DNA of 64,000 nucleotides, from positions 37,138,001 through 37,202,000 of the forward strand of contig OZ024758.1 in the NCBI GenBank assembly GCA_964016885.1, given 5' to 3'. The stretch comes from Eledone cirrhosa (lineage: Eukaryota). The notes beneath the pieces were generated by a model that saw only the letters and a list, made by a program, of their open reading frames with translations, was not told where the DNA came from and did not search any database. The position numbers and the translations under genes are program-made. Shown here piece by piece: positions 49,001 through 61,000 of this stretch. The stretch's first letter is position 1, and each line of letters opens with the position of its first letter.

Positions 49001-52000
49001 ATTCATTTAAGTTCATGGTATGAGCTGTCAGAAGGAACTCTACTGTTGGTGAGAATTCATTTAAGTTCATGGTATTAGCTGTCAGAAGTAACTCCACTGT
49101 TGGTGAGAATTCATTTAAGTTCATGGTACTAGCTGTCAGAAGTAACTCCACTGTTGGTGAGAATTCATATAAGTCATGGTATTAGCTGTCAGAAGTAACT
49201 CCAATGTTGGTGAGAATTCATTTAAGTCATGGTACTAGCTGTCAGAAGTATTTCCAATGTTGGTGAGAATTCATTTAAGTTCATGGTATTAGCTGTCAGA
49301 AGGAACTCCACTGTTGGTTAGAATTCATTTAAGTTCATGGTATTAGCTGTCAGAAGTAACTCCACTGTTGGTGAGAATTCATTTAAGTTCATGGTACTAG
49401 CTGTCAGAAGTAACTCCACTGTTGGTGAGAATTCATTTAAATCATGGTATTAGTTGTCAGAAGTAACTCCAATGTTGGTGAGAATTCATTTAAGTTCATG
49501 GTACTAGCTGTCAGAAGTAACTCCACTGTTTCTGAGAATTCATGTAAGTTCATGGTACTAGCTGTCAGAAGTAACTCCACTGTTGGTGAGAATTCATTTA
49601 AGTTCATGGTACTAGCTGTCAGAAGTAACTCCACTGTTGGTGAGAATTCATTTAAGTTCATGGTACTAGCTGTCAGAAGTAACTCCAATGTTGGTGAGAA
49701 TTCATTTAAGTTCATGGTATTAGCTGTCAGAAGGAACTCCACTGTTGGTGAGAATTCATTCAAGTTCATGGTATTAGCTGTCAGAAGTAACTCCACTGTT
49801 GGTGAGAATTCATTTAAGTTCATGGTACTAGTTGTCAGAAGTAACTCCACTGTTGGTGAGAATTCATTTAAGTTCATGGTATTAGTTGTCAGAAGTAACT
49901 CCACTGTTGGTGAGAATTCATTTAAGTCATGGTATTAGTTGTCAGAAGTAACTCCAATGTTGGTGAGAATTCATTTAAGTTCATGGTACTAGCTGTCAGA
50001 AGTAACTCCACTGTTGGTGAGAATTCATTTAAGTTCATGGTATTAGCTGTCAGAAGTAACTCCACTGTTGGTGAGAATTCATTTAAGTCATGGTATTAGC
50101 TGTCAGAAGTAACTCCATTGTTGGTGAGAATTCATTTAAGTCATGGTACTAGCTGTCAGAAGTAACTCCACTGTTGGTGAGAATTCATTTAAGTTCATGG
50201 TACTAGCTGTCAGAAGTAACTCCACTGTTGGTGGGAATTCATTTAAGTTCATGGTATTAGTTTGTCAGAAGTAACTCCACTGTTGGTGAGAATTCATTTA
50301 AGTCATGGTATTAGCTGTCAGAAGTAACTCCAATGTTGGTGAGAATTCATTTAAGTTCATGGTATGAGCTGTCAGAAGGAACTCTACTGTTGGTGAGAAT
50401 TCATTTAAGTTCATGGTATTAGCTGTCAGAAGTAACTCCACTGTTGGTGAGAATTCATTTAAGTTCATGGTATTAGTTTGTCAGAAGTAACTCCACTGTT
50501 GGTGAGAATTCATTTAAGTCATGGTATTAGTTGTCAGAAGTAACTCCAAAGTTGGTGAGAATTCATTTAAGTTCATGGTACTAGCTGTCTGAAGTAACTC
50601 CACTGTTGGTGAGAATTCATTTAAGTTCATGGTATTAGCTGTCAGAAGTAACTCCACTGTTGGTGAGAATTCATTTAAGTTCATGGTACTAGCTGTCAGA
50701 AGTAACTCCACTGTTGGTGAGAATTCATTTAATTCTTGGTATTAGCTGTCAGAAGTAACTCCAATGTTGGTGAGAATTCATTTAAGTCATGGTACTAGCT
50801 GTCAGAAGTAACTCCAATGTTGGTGAGAATTCATTTAAGTTCATGGTATTAGCTGTCAGAAGGAACTCCACTGTTGGTGAGAATTCATTTAAGTTCATGG
50901 TATTAGCTGTCAGAAGTAACTCCACTGTTGGTGAGAATTCATTTAAGTTCATGGTACTAGCTGTCAGAAGTAACTCCAATGTTGGTGAGAATTCATTTAA
51001 GTTCATGGTACTAGCTGTCAGAAGTAACCCCACTGTTGGTGAGAATTCATTTAAGTTCATGGTACTAGCTGTCAGAAGTAACTCCAATGTTGGTGAGAAT
51101 TCATTTAAGTTCATGGTATTAGCTGTCAGAAGTAACTCCACTGTTGGTGAGAATTCATTTAAGTTCATGGTATTAGCTGTCAGAAGTCACTCCAATGTTG
51201 GTGAGAATTCATTTAAGTTCATGGTATTAGCTGTCAGAAGTCACTCCACTGTTGGTGAGAATTCATTTAAGTTCATGGTACTAGCTGTCAGAAGTAACTC
51301 CACTGTTGGTGAGAATTCATTTAAGTTCATGGTACTAGCTGTCAGAAGTAACTCCAATGTTGGTGAGAATTCATTTAAGTTCATGGTATTAGCTGTCAGA
51401 AGTAACTCCACTGTTGGTGAGAATTCATTTAAGTTCATGGTACTAGCTGTCAGAAGTAACTCCACTGTTGGTGAGAATTCATTTAAGTTCATGGTATTAG
51501 CTGTCAGAAGTCACTCCAATGTTGGTGAGAATTCATTTAAGTTCATGGTATTAGCTGTCAGAAGTCACTCCACTGTTGGTGAGAATTCATTTAAGTTCAT
51601 GGTATTAGCTGTCAGAAGTAACTCCACTGTTGGTGAGAATTCATTTAAGTTCATGGTATTAGCTGTCAGAAGTAACTCCACTGTTGGTGAGAATTCATTT
51701 AAGTTCATGGTATTAGCTGTCAGAAGGAATTCCAATGTTGGTGAGAATTCATTTAAGTCATGGTACTAGCTGTCAGAAGTAACTCCACTGTTGGTGAGAA
51801 TTCATTTAAGTTCATGGTATTAGCTGTCAGAAGGAACGCCACTGTTGGTGAGAATTCATTTAAGTTCATGGTATTAGCTGTCAGAAGTAACTCCACTGTT
51901 GGTGAGAATTCATTTAAGTTCATGGTATTAGCTGTCAGAAGTAACTCCAATGTTGGTGAGAATTCATTTAAGTTCATGGTATTAGCTGTCAGAAGGAACT

Positions 52001-55000
52001 CCACTGTTGGTGAGAATTCATTTAAGTTCATGGTATTAGCTGTCAGAAGTAACTCCACTGTTGGTGAGAATTCATTTAAGTTCATGGTATTAGCTGTCAG
52101 AAGTAACTCCACTGTTGGTGAGAATTCATTTAAGTTCATGGTATTAGCTGTCAGAAGTAACTCCACTGTTGGTGAGAATTCATTTAAGTTCATGGTACTA
52201 GCTGTCAGAAGTAACTCCAATGTTGGTGAGAATTCATTTAAGTTCATGGTATTAGCTGTCAGAAGGAACTCCACTGTTGGTGAGAATTCATTTAAGTTCA
52301 TGGTATTAGCTGTCAGAAGTAACTCCACTGTTGGTGAGAATTCATTTAAGTTCATGGTACTAGTTGTCAGAAGTAACTCCACTGTTGGTGAGAATTCATT
52401 TAAGTTCATGGTATTAGTTGTCAGAAGTAACTCCACTGTTGGTGAGAATTCATTTAAGTCATGGTATTAGTTGTCAGAAGTAACTCCAATGTTGGTGAGA
52501 ATTCATTAAATTCATGGTACTAGCTGTCAGAAGTAACTCCACTGTTGGTGAGAATTCATTTAAGTTCATGGTATTAGCTGTCAGAAGTAACTCCACTGTT
52601 GGTGAGAATTCATTTAAGTCATGGTACTAGCTGTCAGAAGTAACTCCACTGTTGGTGAGAATTCATTTAAGTTCATGGTATTAGCTGTCAGAAGGAACTC
52701 CACTGTTGGTGAGAATTCATTTAAGTTCATGGTACTAGCTGTCAGAAGTAACTCCACTGTTGGTGAGAATTCATTTAAGTTCATGGTACTAGCTGTCAGA
52801 AGTAACTCCACTGTTGGTGAGAATTCATTTAAGTTCATGGTACTAGCTGTCAGAAGTCACTCCAATGTTGGTGCGAATTCATTTAAGTTCATGGTATTAG
52901 CTGTCAGAAGTCACTCCACTGTTGGTGAGAATTCATTTAAGTTCATGGTACTTGCTGTCAGAAGTAACCCCAATGTTGGTGAGAATTCATTTAAGTTCAT
53001 GGTATTAGCTGTCAGAAGTCACTCCAATGTTGGTGAGAATTCATTTAAGTTCATGGTACTAGCTGTCAGAAGTAACTCCACTGTTGGTGAGAATTCATTT
53101 AAGTTCATGGTACTAGCTGTCAGAAGTAACTCCACTGTTGGTGAGAATTCATTTAAGTCATGGTATTAGTTGTCAGAAGTAACTCCAATGTTGGTGAGAA
53201 TTCATTAAATTCATGGTACTAGCTGTCAGAAGTAACTCCACTGTTGGTGAGAATTCATTTAAGTTCATGGTATTAGCTGTCAGAAGTAACTCCACTGTTG
53301 GTGAGAATTCATTTAAGTCATGGTACTAGCTGTCAGAAGTAACTCCACTGTTGGTGAGAATTCATTTAAGTTCATGGTATTAGCTGTCAGAAGGAACTCC
53401 ACTGTTGGTGAGAATTCATTTAAGTTCATGGTACTAGCTGTCAGAAGTAACTCCACTGTTGGTGAGAATTCATTTAAGTTCATGGTACTAGCTGTCAGAA
53501 GTAACTCCACTGTTGGTGAGAATTCATTTAAGTTCATGGTACTAGCTGTCAGAAGTCACTCCAATGTTGGTGCGAATTCATTTAAGTTCATGGTATTAGC
53601 TGTCAGAAGTCACTCCACTGTTGGTGAGAATTCATTTAAGTTCATGGTACTTGCTGTCAGAAGTAACCCCAATGTTGGTGAGAATTCATTTAAGTTCATG
53701 GTATTAGCTGTCAGAAGTCACTCCAATGTTGGTGAGAATTCATTTAAGTTCATGGTACTAGCTGTCAGAAGTAACTCCACTGTTGGTGAGAATTCATTTA
53801 AGTTCATGGTACTAGCTGTCAGAAGTAACTCCACTGTTGGTGAGAATTCATTTAAGTTCATGGTACTAGCTGTCAGAAGTAACTCCACTGTTAGTGACAA
53901 TTCATTTAAGTTCATGGTACTAGCTGTCAGAAGTAACTCCACTGTTGGTGAGAATTCATTTAAGTTCATGGTATTAGCTGTCAGAAGTAACCCCACTGTT
54001 GGTGAGAATTCATTTAAGTTCATGGTATTAGCTGTCAGAAGTAACTCCACTGTTGGTGAGAATTCATTTAAGTTCATGGTATTAGCTGTCAGAAGGAACT
54101 CCAATGTTGGTGAGAATTCATTTAAGTCATGGTACTAGCTGTCAGAAGTAACTCCACTGTTGGTGAGAATTCATTTAAGTTCATGGTATTAGCTGTCAGA
54201 AGGAACGCCACTGTTGGTGAGAATTCATTTAAGTTCATGGTATTAGCTGTCAGAAGTAACTCCACTGTTGGTGAGAATTCATTTAAGTTCATGGTACTAG
54301 CTGTCAGAAGTAACTCCAATGTTGGTGAGAATTCATTTAAGTTCATGGTATTAGCTGTCAGAAGGAACTCCACTGTTGGTGAGAATTCATTTAAGTTCAT
54401 GGTATTAGCTGTCAGAAGTAACTCCACTGTTGGTGAGAATTCATTTAAGTTCATGGTATTAGCTGTCAGAAGGAACTACACTGTTGGTGAGAATTCATTT
54501 AAGTTCATTGTATTAGCTGTCAGAAGTAACTCCACTGTTGGTGAGAATTCATTTAAGTTCATGGTACTAGCTGTCAGAAGTAACTCCAATGTTGGTGAGA
54601 ATTCATTTAAGTTCATGGTATTAGCTGTCAGAAGGAACTCCACTGTTGGTGAGAATTCATTTAAGTTCACGGTATTAGCTGTCAGAAGTAACTCCACTGT
54701 TGGTGAGAATTCATTTAAGTTCATGGTACTAGCTGTCAGAAGTAACTCCAATGTTGGTGAGAATTCATTTAAGTTCATGGTATTAGCTGTCAGAAGTAAC
54801 TCCACTGTTGGTGAGAATTCATTTAAGTCATGGTATTAGCTGTCAGAAGTAACTCCAATGTTGGTGAGAATTCATTTAAGTTCATGGTATTAGCTGTCAG
54901 AAGTAACTCCACTGTTGGTGAGAATTCATTTAAGTTCATGGTATTAGCTGTCAGAAGTAACTCCACAGTTGGTGAGAATTCATTTAAGTTCATGGTATTA

Positions 55001-58000
55001 GTTTGTCAGAAGTAACTCCACTGTTGGTGAGAATTCATTTAAGTCATGGTATTAGTTGTCAGAAGTAACTCCAATGTTGGTGAGAATTCATTTAAGTTCA
55101 TGGTATTAGCTGTCAGAAGTAACTCCACTGTTGGTGAGAATTCATTTAAGTTCATGGTACTAGCTGTCAGAAGTAACTCCACTGTTGGTGAGAATTCATT
55201 TAAGATCATGGTATTAGCTGTCAGAAGTCACTCCAATGTTGGTGAGAATTCATTGAAGTTCATGGTATTAGCTGTCAGAAGTCACTCCACTGTTGGTGAG
55301 AATTCATTTAAGTTCATGGTACTAGCTGTCAGAAGTAACCCCAATGTTGGTGAGAATTCATTTAAGTTCATGGTATTAGCTGTCAGAAGTAACTCCACTG
55401 TTGGTGAGAATTCATTTAAGTTCATGGTATTAGCTGTCAGAAGTAACTCCACTGTTGGTGAGAATCCATTTAAGTTCATGGTATTAGCTGTCAGAAGTAA
55501 CTCCACTGTTGGTGAGAATTCATTTAAGTTCATGGTATTAGCTGTCAGAAGGAACTCCAATGTTGGTGAGAATTCATTTAAGTCATGGTACTAGCTGTCA
55601 GAAGTAACTCCACTGTTGGTGAGAATTCATTTAAGTTCATGGTATTAGCTGTCAGAAGTAACTCCACTGTTGGTGAGAATTCATTTAAGTCATGGTATTA
55701 GCTGTCAGAAGTAACTCCATTGTTGGTGTTAATTCATTTAAGTCATGGTACTAGCTGTCAGAAGTAACTCCACTGTTGGTGAGAATTCATTTAAGTTCAT
55801 GTTATTAGCTGTCAGAAGGAACTCCACTGTTGGTGAGAATTCATTTAAGTTCATGGTACTAGCTGTCAGAAGGAACTCCACTGTTGGTGAGAATTCATTT
55901 AAGTTCATGGTATTAGCTGTCAGAAGGAACGCCACTGTTGGTGAGAATTCATTTAAGTCATGGTATTAGTTGTCAGAAGTAACTCCAATGTTGGTGAGAA
56001 TTCATTTAAGTTCATGGTATTAGCTGTCAGAAGTAACTCCACTGTTGGTGAGAATTCATTTAAGTTCATGGTACTAGCTGTCAGAAGTAACTCCACTGTT
56101 GGTGAGAATTCATTTAAGATCATGGTATTAGCTGTCAGAAGTCACTCCAATGTTGGTGAGAATTCATTGAAGTTCATGGTATTAGCTGTCAGAAGTCACT
56201 CCACTGTTGGTGAGAATTCATTTAAGTTCATGGTACTAGCTGTCAGAAGTAACCCCAATGTTGGTGAGAATTCATTTAAGTTCATGGTATTAGCTGTCAG
56301 AAGTAACTCCACTGTTGGTGAGAATTCATTTAAGTTCATGGTATTAGCTGTCAGAAGTAACTCCACTGTTGGTGAGAATCCATTTAAGTTCATGGTATTA
56401 GCTGTCAGAAGTAACTCCACTGTTGGTGAGAATTCATTTAAGTTCATGGTATTAGCTGTCAGAAGGAACTCCAATGTTGGTGAGAATTCATTTAAGTCAT
56501 GGTACTAGCTGTCAGAAGTAACTCCACTGTTGGTGAGAATTCATTTAAGTTCATGGTATTAGCTGTCAGAAGTAACTCCACTGTTGGTGAGAATTCATTT
56601 AAGTCATGGTATTAGCTGTCAGAAGTAACTCCATTGTTGGTGTTAATTCATTTAAGTCATGGTACTAGCTGTCAGAAGTAACTCCACTGTTGGTGAGAAT
56701 TCATTTAAGTTCATGGTATTAGCTGTCAGAAGGAACTCCACTGTTGGTGAGAATTCATTTAAGTTCATGGTACTAGCTGTCAGAAGGAACTCCACTGTTG
56801 GTGAGAATTCATTTAAGTTCATGGTATTAGCTGTCAGAAGGAACGCCACTGTTGGTGAGAATTCATTTAAGTTCATGGTATTAGCTGTCAGAAGTAATTC
56901 CACTGTTGGTGAGAATTCATTTAAGTTCATGGTACTAGCTGTCAGAAGTAACTCCAATGTTGGTGAGAATTCATTTAAGTTCATGGTATTAGCTGTCAGA
57001 AGGAACTCCACTGTTGGTGAGAATTCATTTAAGTTCATGGTATTAGCTGTCAGAAGTAACTCCACTGTTGGTGAGAATTCATTTAAGTTCATGGTATTAG
57101 CTGTCAGAAGGAACTCCACTGTTGGTGAGAATTCATTTAAGTTCATGGTATTAGCTGTCAGAAGTAACTCCACTGTTGGTGAGAATTCATTTAAGTTCAT
57201 GGTACTAGCTGTCAGAAGTAACTCCAATGTTGGTGAGAATTCATTTAAGTTCATGGCATTAGCTGTCAGAAGTAACTCCACTGTTGGTGAGAATTCATTT
57301 AAGTCATGGTATTAGCTGTCAGAAGTAACTCCAATGTTGGTGAGAATTCATTTTAGTTCATGGTATTAGCTGTCAGAAGTAACTCCACTGTTGGTGAGAA
57401 TTCATTTAAGTTCATGGTATTAGCTGTCAGAAGTAACTCCACTGTTGGTGAGAATTCATTTAAGTTCATGGTACTAGCTGTCAGAAGTAACTCCACTGTT
57501 GGTGAGAATTCATTTAAGTTCATGGTATTAGCTGTCAGAAGGAACTCCACTGTTGGTGAGAATTCATTTAAGTTCATGGTACTAGCTGTCAGAAGTAACT
57601 CCACTGTTGGTGAGAATTCATTTAAGTTCATGGTATTAGTTTGTCAGAAGTAACTCCACTGTTGGTGAGAATTCATTTAAGTCATGGTATTAGTTGTCAG
57701 AAGTAACTCCAATGTTGGTGAGAATTCATTTAAGTCATGGTACTAGCTGTCAGAAGTAACTCCAATGTTGGTGAGAATTCATTTAAGTTCATGGTATTAG
57801 CTGTCAGAAGGAACTCCACTGTTGGTGAGAATTCATTTAAGTTCATGGTATTAGCTGTCAGAAGTAACTCCACTGTTGGTGAGAATTTATTTAAGTTCAT
57901 GGTACTAGCTGTCAGAAGTAACTCCAATGTTGGTGAGAATTCATTTAAGTTCATGGTATTAGCTGTCAGAAGTAACTCCACTGTTGGTGAGAATTCATTT

Positions 58001-61000
58001 AAGTCATGGTATTAGCTGTCAGAAGTAACTCCAATGTTGGTGAGAATTCATTTAAGTTCATGGTATTAGCTGTCAGAAGTAACTCCACTGTTGGTGAGAA
58101 TTCATTTAAGTTCATGGTATTAGCTGTCAGAAGTAACTCCACAGTTGGTGAGAATTCATTTAAGTTCATGGTATTAGTTTGTCAGAAGTAACTCCACTGT
58201 TGGTGAGAATTCATTTAAGTCATGGTATTAGTTGTCAGAAGTAACTCCAATGTTGGTGAGAATTCATTTAAGTTCATGGTATTAGCTGTCAGAAGTAACT
58301 CCACTGTTGGTGAGAATTCATTTAAGTTCATGGTATTAGCTGTCAGAAGGAACTCCACTGTTGGTGAGAATTCATTTAAGTTCATGGTACTAGCTGTCAG
58401 AAGTAACTCCACTGTTGGTGAGAATTCATTTAAGTTCATGGTATTAGCTGTCAGAAGTCACTCCAATGTTGGTGAGAATTCATTTAAGTTCATGGTATTA
58501 GCTGTCAGAAGTAACTCCACTGTTGGTGAGAATTCATTTAAGTTCATGGTATTAGCTGTCAGAAGTAACTCCACTGTTGGTGAGAATTCATTTAAGTTCA
58601 TGGTATTAGCTGTCAGAAGTAACTCCACTGTTGGTGAGAATTCATTTAAGTTCATGGTATTAGCTGTCAGAAGGAACTCCAATGTTGGTGAGAATTCATT
58701 TAAGTCATGGTACTAGCTGTCAGAAGTAACTCCACTGTTGGTGAGAATTCATTTAAGTTCATGGTATTAGCTGTCAGAAGGAACGCCACTGTTGGTGAGA
58801 ATTCATTTAAGTTCATGGTATTAGCTGTCAGAAGTAACTCCACTGTTGGTGAGAATTCATTTAAGTTCATGGTACTAGATGTCAGAAGTAACCCCAATGT
58901 TGGTGAGAATTCATTTAAGTTTATGGTATTAGCTGTCAGAAGTCACTCCAATGTTGGTGAGAATTCATTTAAGTTCACGGTATTAGCTGTCAGAAGTAAC
59001 TCCACTGTTGGTGAGAATTCATTTAAGTTCATGGTATTAGCTGTCAGAAGTAACTCCACTGTTGGTGAGAATTCATTTAAGTTCATGGTATTAGTTTGTC
59101 AGAAGTAACTCCACTGTTGGTGAGAATTCATTTAAGTCATGGTATTAGTTGTCAGAAGTAACTCCAATGTTGGTGAGAATTCATTTAAGTTCATGGTATT
59201 AGCTGTCAGAAGTAACTCCACTGTTGGTGAGAATTCATTTAAGTTCATGGTACTAGCTGTCAGAAGTAACTCCACTGTTGGTGAGAATTCATTTAAGTTC
59301 ATGGTATTAGCTGTCAGAAGTCACTCCAATGTTGGTGAGAATTCATTTAAGTTCATGGTATTAGCTGTCAGAAGTCACTCCACTGTTGGTGAGAATTCAT
59401 TTAAGTTCATGGTACTAGCTGTCAGAAGTAACCCCAATGTTGGTGAGAATTCATTTAAGTTCATGGTATTAGCTGTCAGAAGGAACTCCACTGTTGGTGA
59501 GAATTCATTTAAGTTCATGGTATTAGCTGTCAGAAGTAACTCCACTGTTGGTGAGAATTCATTTAAGTTCATGGTACTAGCTGTCAGAAGTAACTCCAAT
59601 GTTGGTGAGAATTCATTTAAGTTCATGGCATTAGCTGTCAGAAGTAACTCCACTGTTGGTGAGAATTCATTTAAGTCATGGTATTAGCTGTCAGAAGTAA
59701 CTCCAATGTTGGTGAGAATTCATTTTAGTTCATGGTATTAGCTGTCAGAAGTAACTCCACTGTTGGTGAGAATTCATTTAAGTTCATGGTATTAGCTGTC
59801 AGAAGTAACTCCACTGTTGGTGAGAATTCATTTAAGTTCATGGTACTAGCTGTCAGAAGTAACTCCACTGTTGGTGAGAATTCATTTAAGTTCATGGTAT
59901 TAGCTGTCAGAAGGAACTCCACTGTTGGTGAGAATTCATTTAAGTTCATGGTACTAGCTGTCAGAAGTAACTCCACTGTTGGTGAGAATTCATTTAAGTT
60001 CATGGTATTAGTTTGTCAGAAGTAACTCCACTGTTGGTGAGAATTCATTTAAGTCATGGTATTAGTTGTCAGAAGTAACTCCAATGTTGGTGAGAATTCA
60101 TTTAAGTCATGGTACTAGCTGTCAGAAGTAACTCCAATGTTGGTGAGAATTCATTTAAGTTCATGGTATTAGCTGTCAGAAGGAACTCCACTGTTGGTGA
60201 GAATTCATTTAAGTTCATGGTATTAGCTGTCAGAAGTAACTCCACTGTTGGTGAGAATTTATTTAAGTTCATGGTACTAGCTGTCAGAAGTAACTCCAAT
60301 GTTGGTGAGAATTCATTTAAGTTCATGGTATTAGCTGTCAGAAGTAACTCCACTGTTGGTGAGAATTCATTTAAGTCATGGTATTAGCTGTCAGAAGTAA
60401 CTCCAATGTTGGTGAGAATTCATTTAAGTTCATGGTATTAGCTGTCAGAAGTAACTCCACTGTTGGTGAGAATTCATTTAAGTTCATGGTATTAGCTGTC
60501 AGAAGTAACTCCACAGTTGGTGAGAATTCATTTAAGTTCATGGTATTAGTTTGTCAGAAGTAACTCCACTGTTGGTGAGAATTCATTTAAGTCATGGTAT
60601 TAGTTGTCAGAAGTAACTCCAATGTTGGTGAGAATTCATTTAAGTTCATGGTATTAGCTGTCAGAAGTAACTCCACTGTTGGTGAGAATTCATTTAAGTT
60701 CATGGTATTAGCTGTCAGAAGGAACTCCACTGTTGGTGAGAATTCATTTAAGTTCATGGTACTAGCTGTCAGAAGTAACTCCACTGTTGGTGAGAATTCA
60801 TTTAAGTTCATGGTATTAGCTGTCAGAAGTCACTCCAATGTTGGTGAGAATTCATTTAAGTTCATGGTATTAGCTGTCAGAAGTAACTCCACTGTTGGTG
60901 AGAATTCATTTAAGTTCATGGTATTAGCTGTCAGAAGTAACTCCACTGTTGGTGAGAATTCATTTAAGTTCATGGTATTAGCTGTCAGAAGTAACTCCAC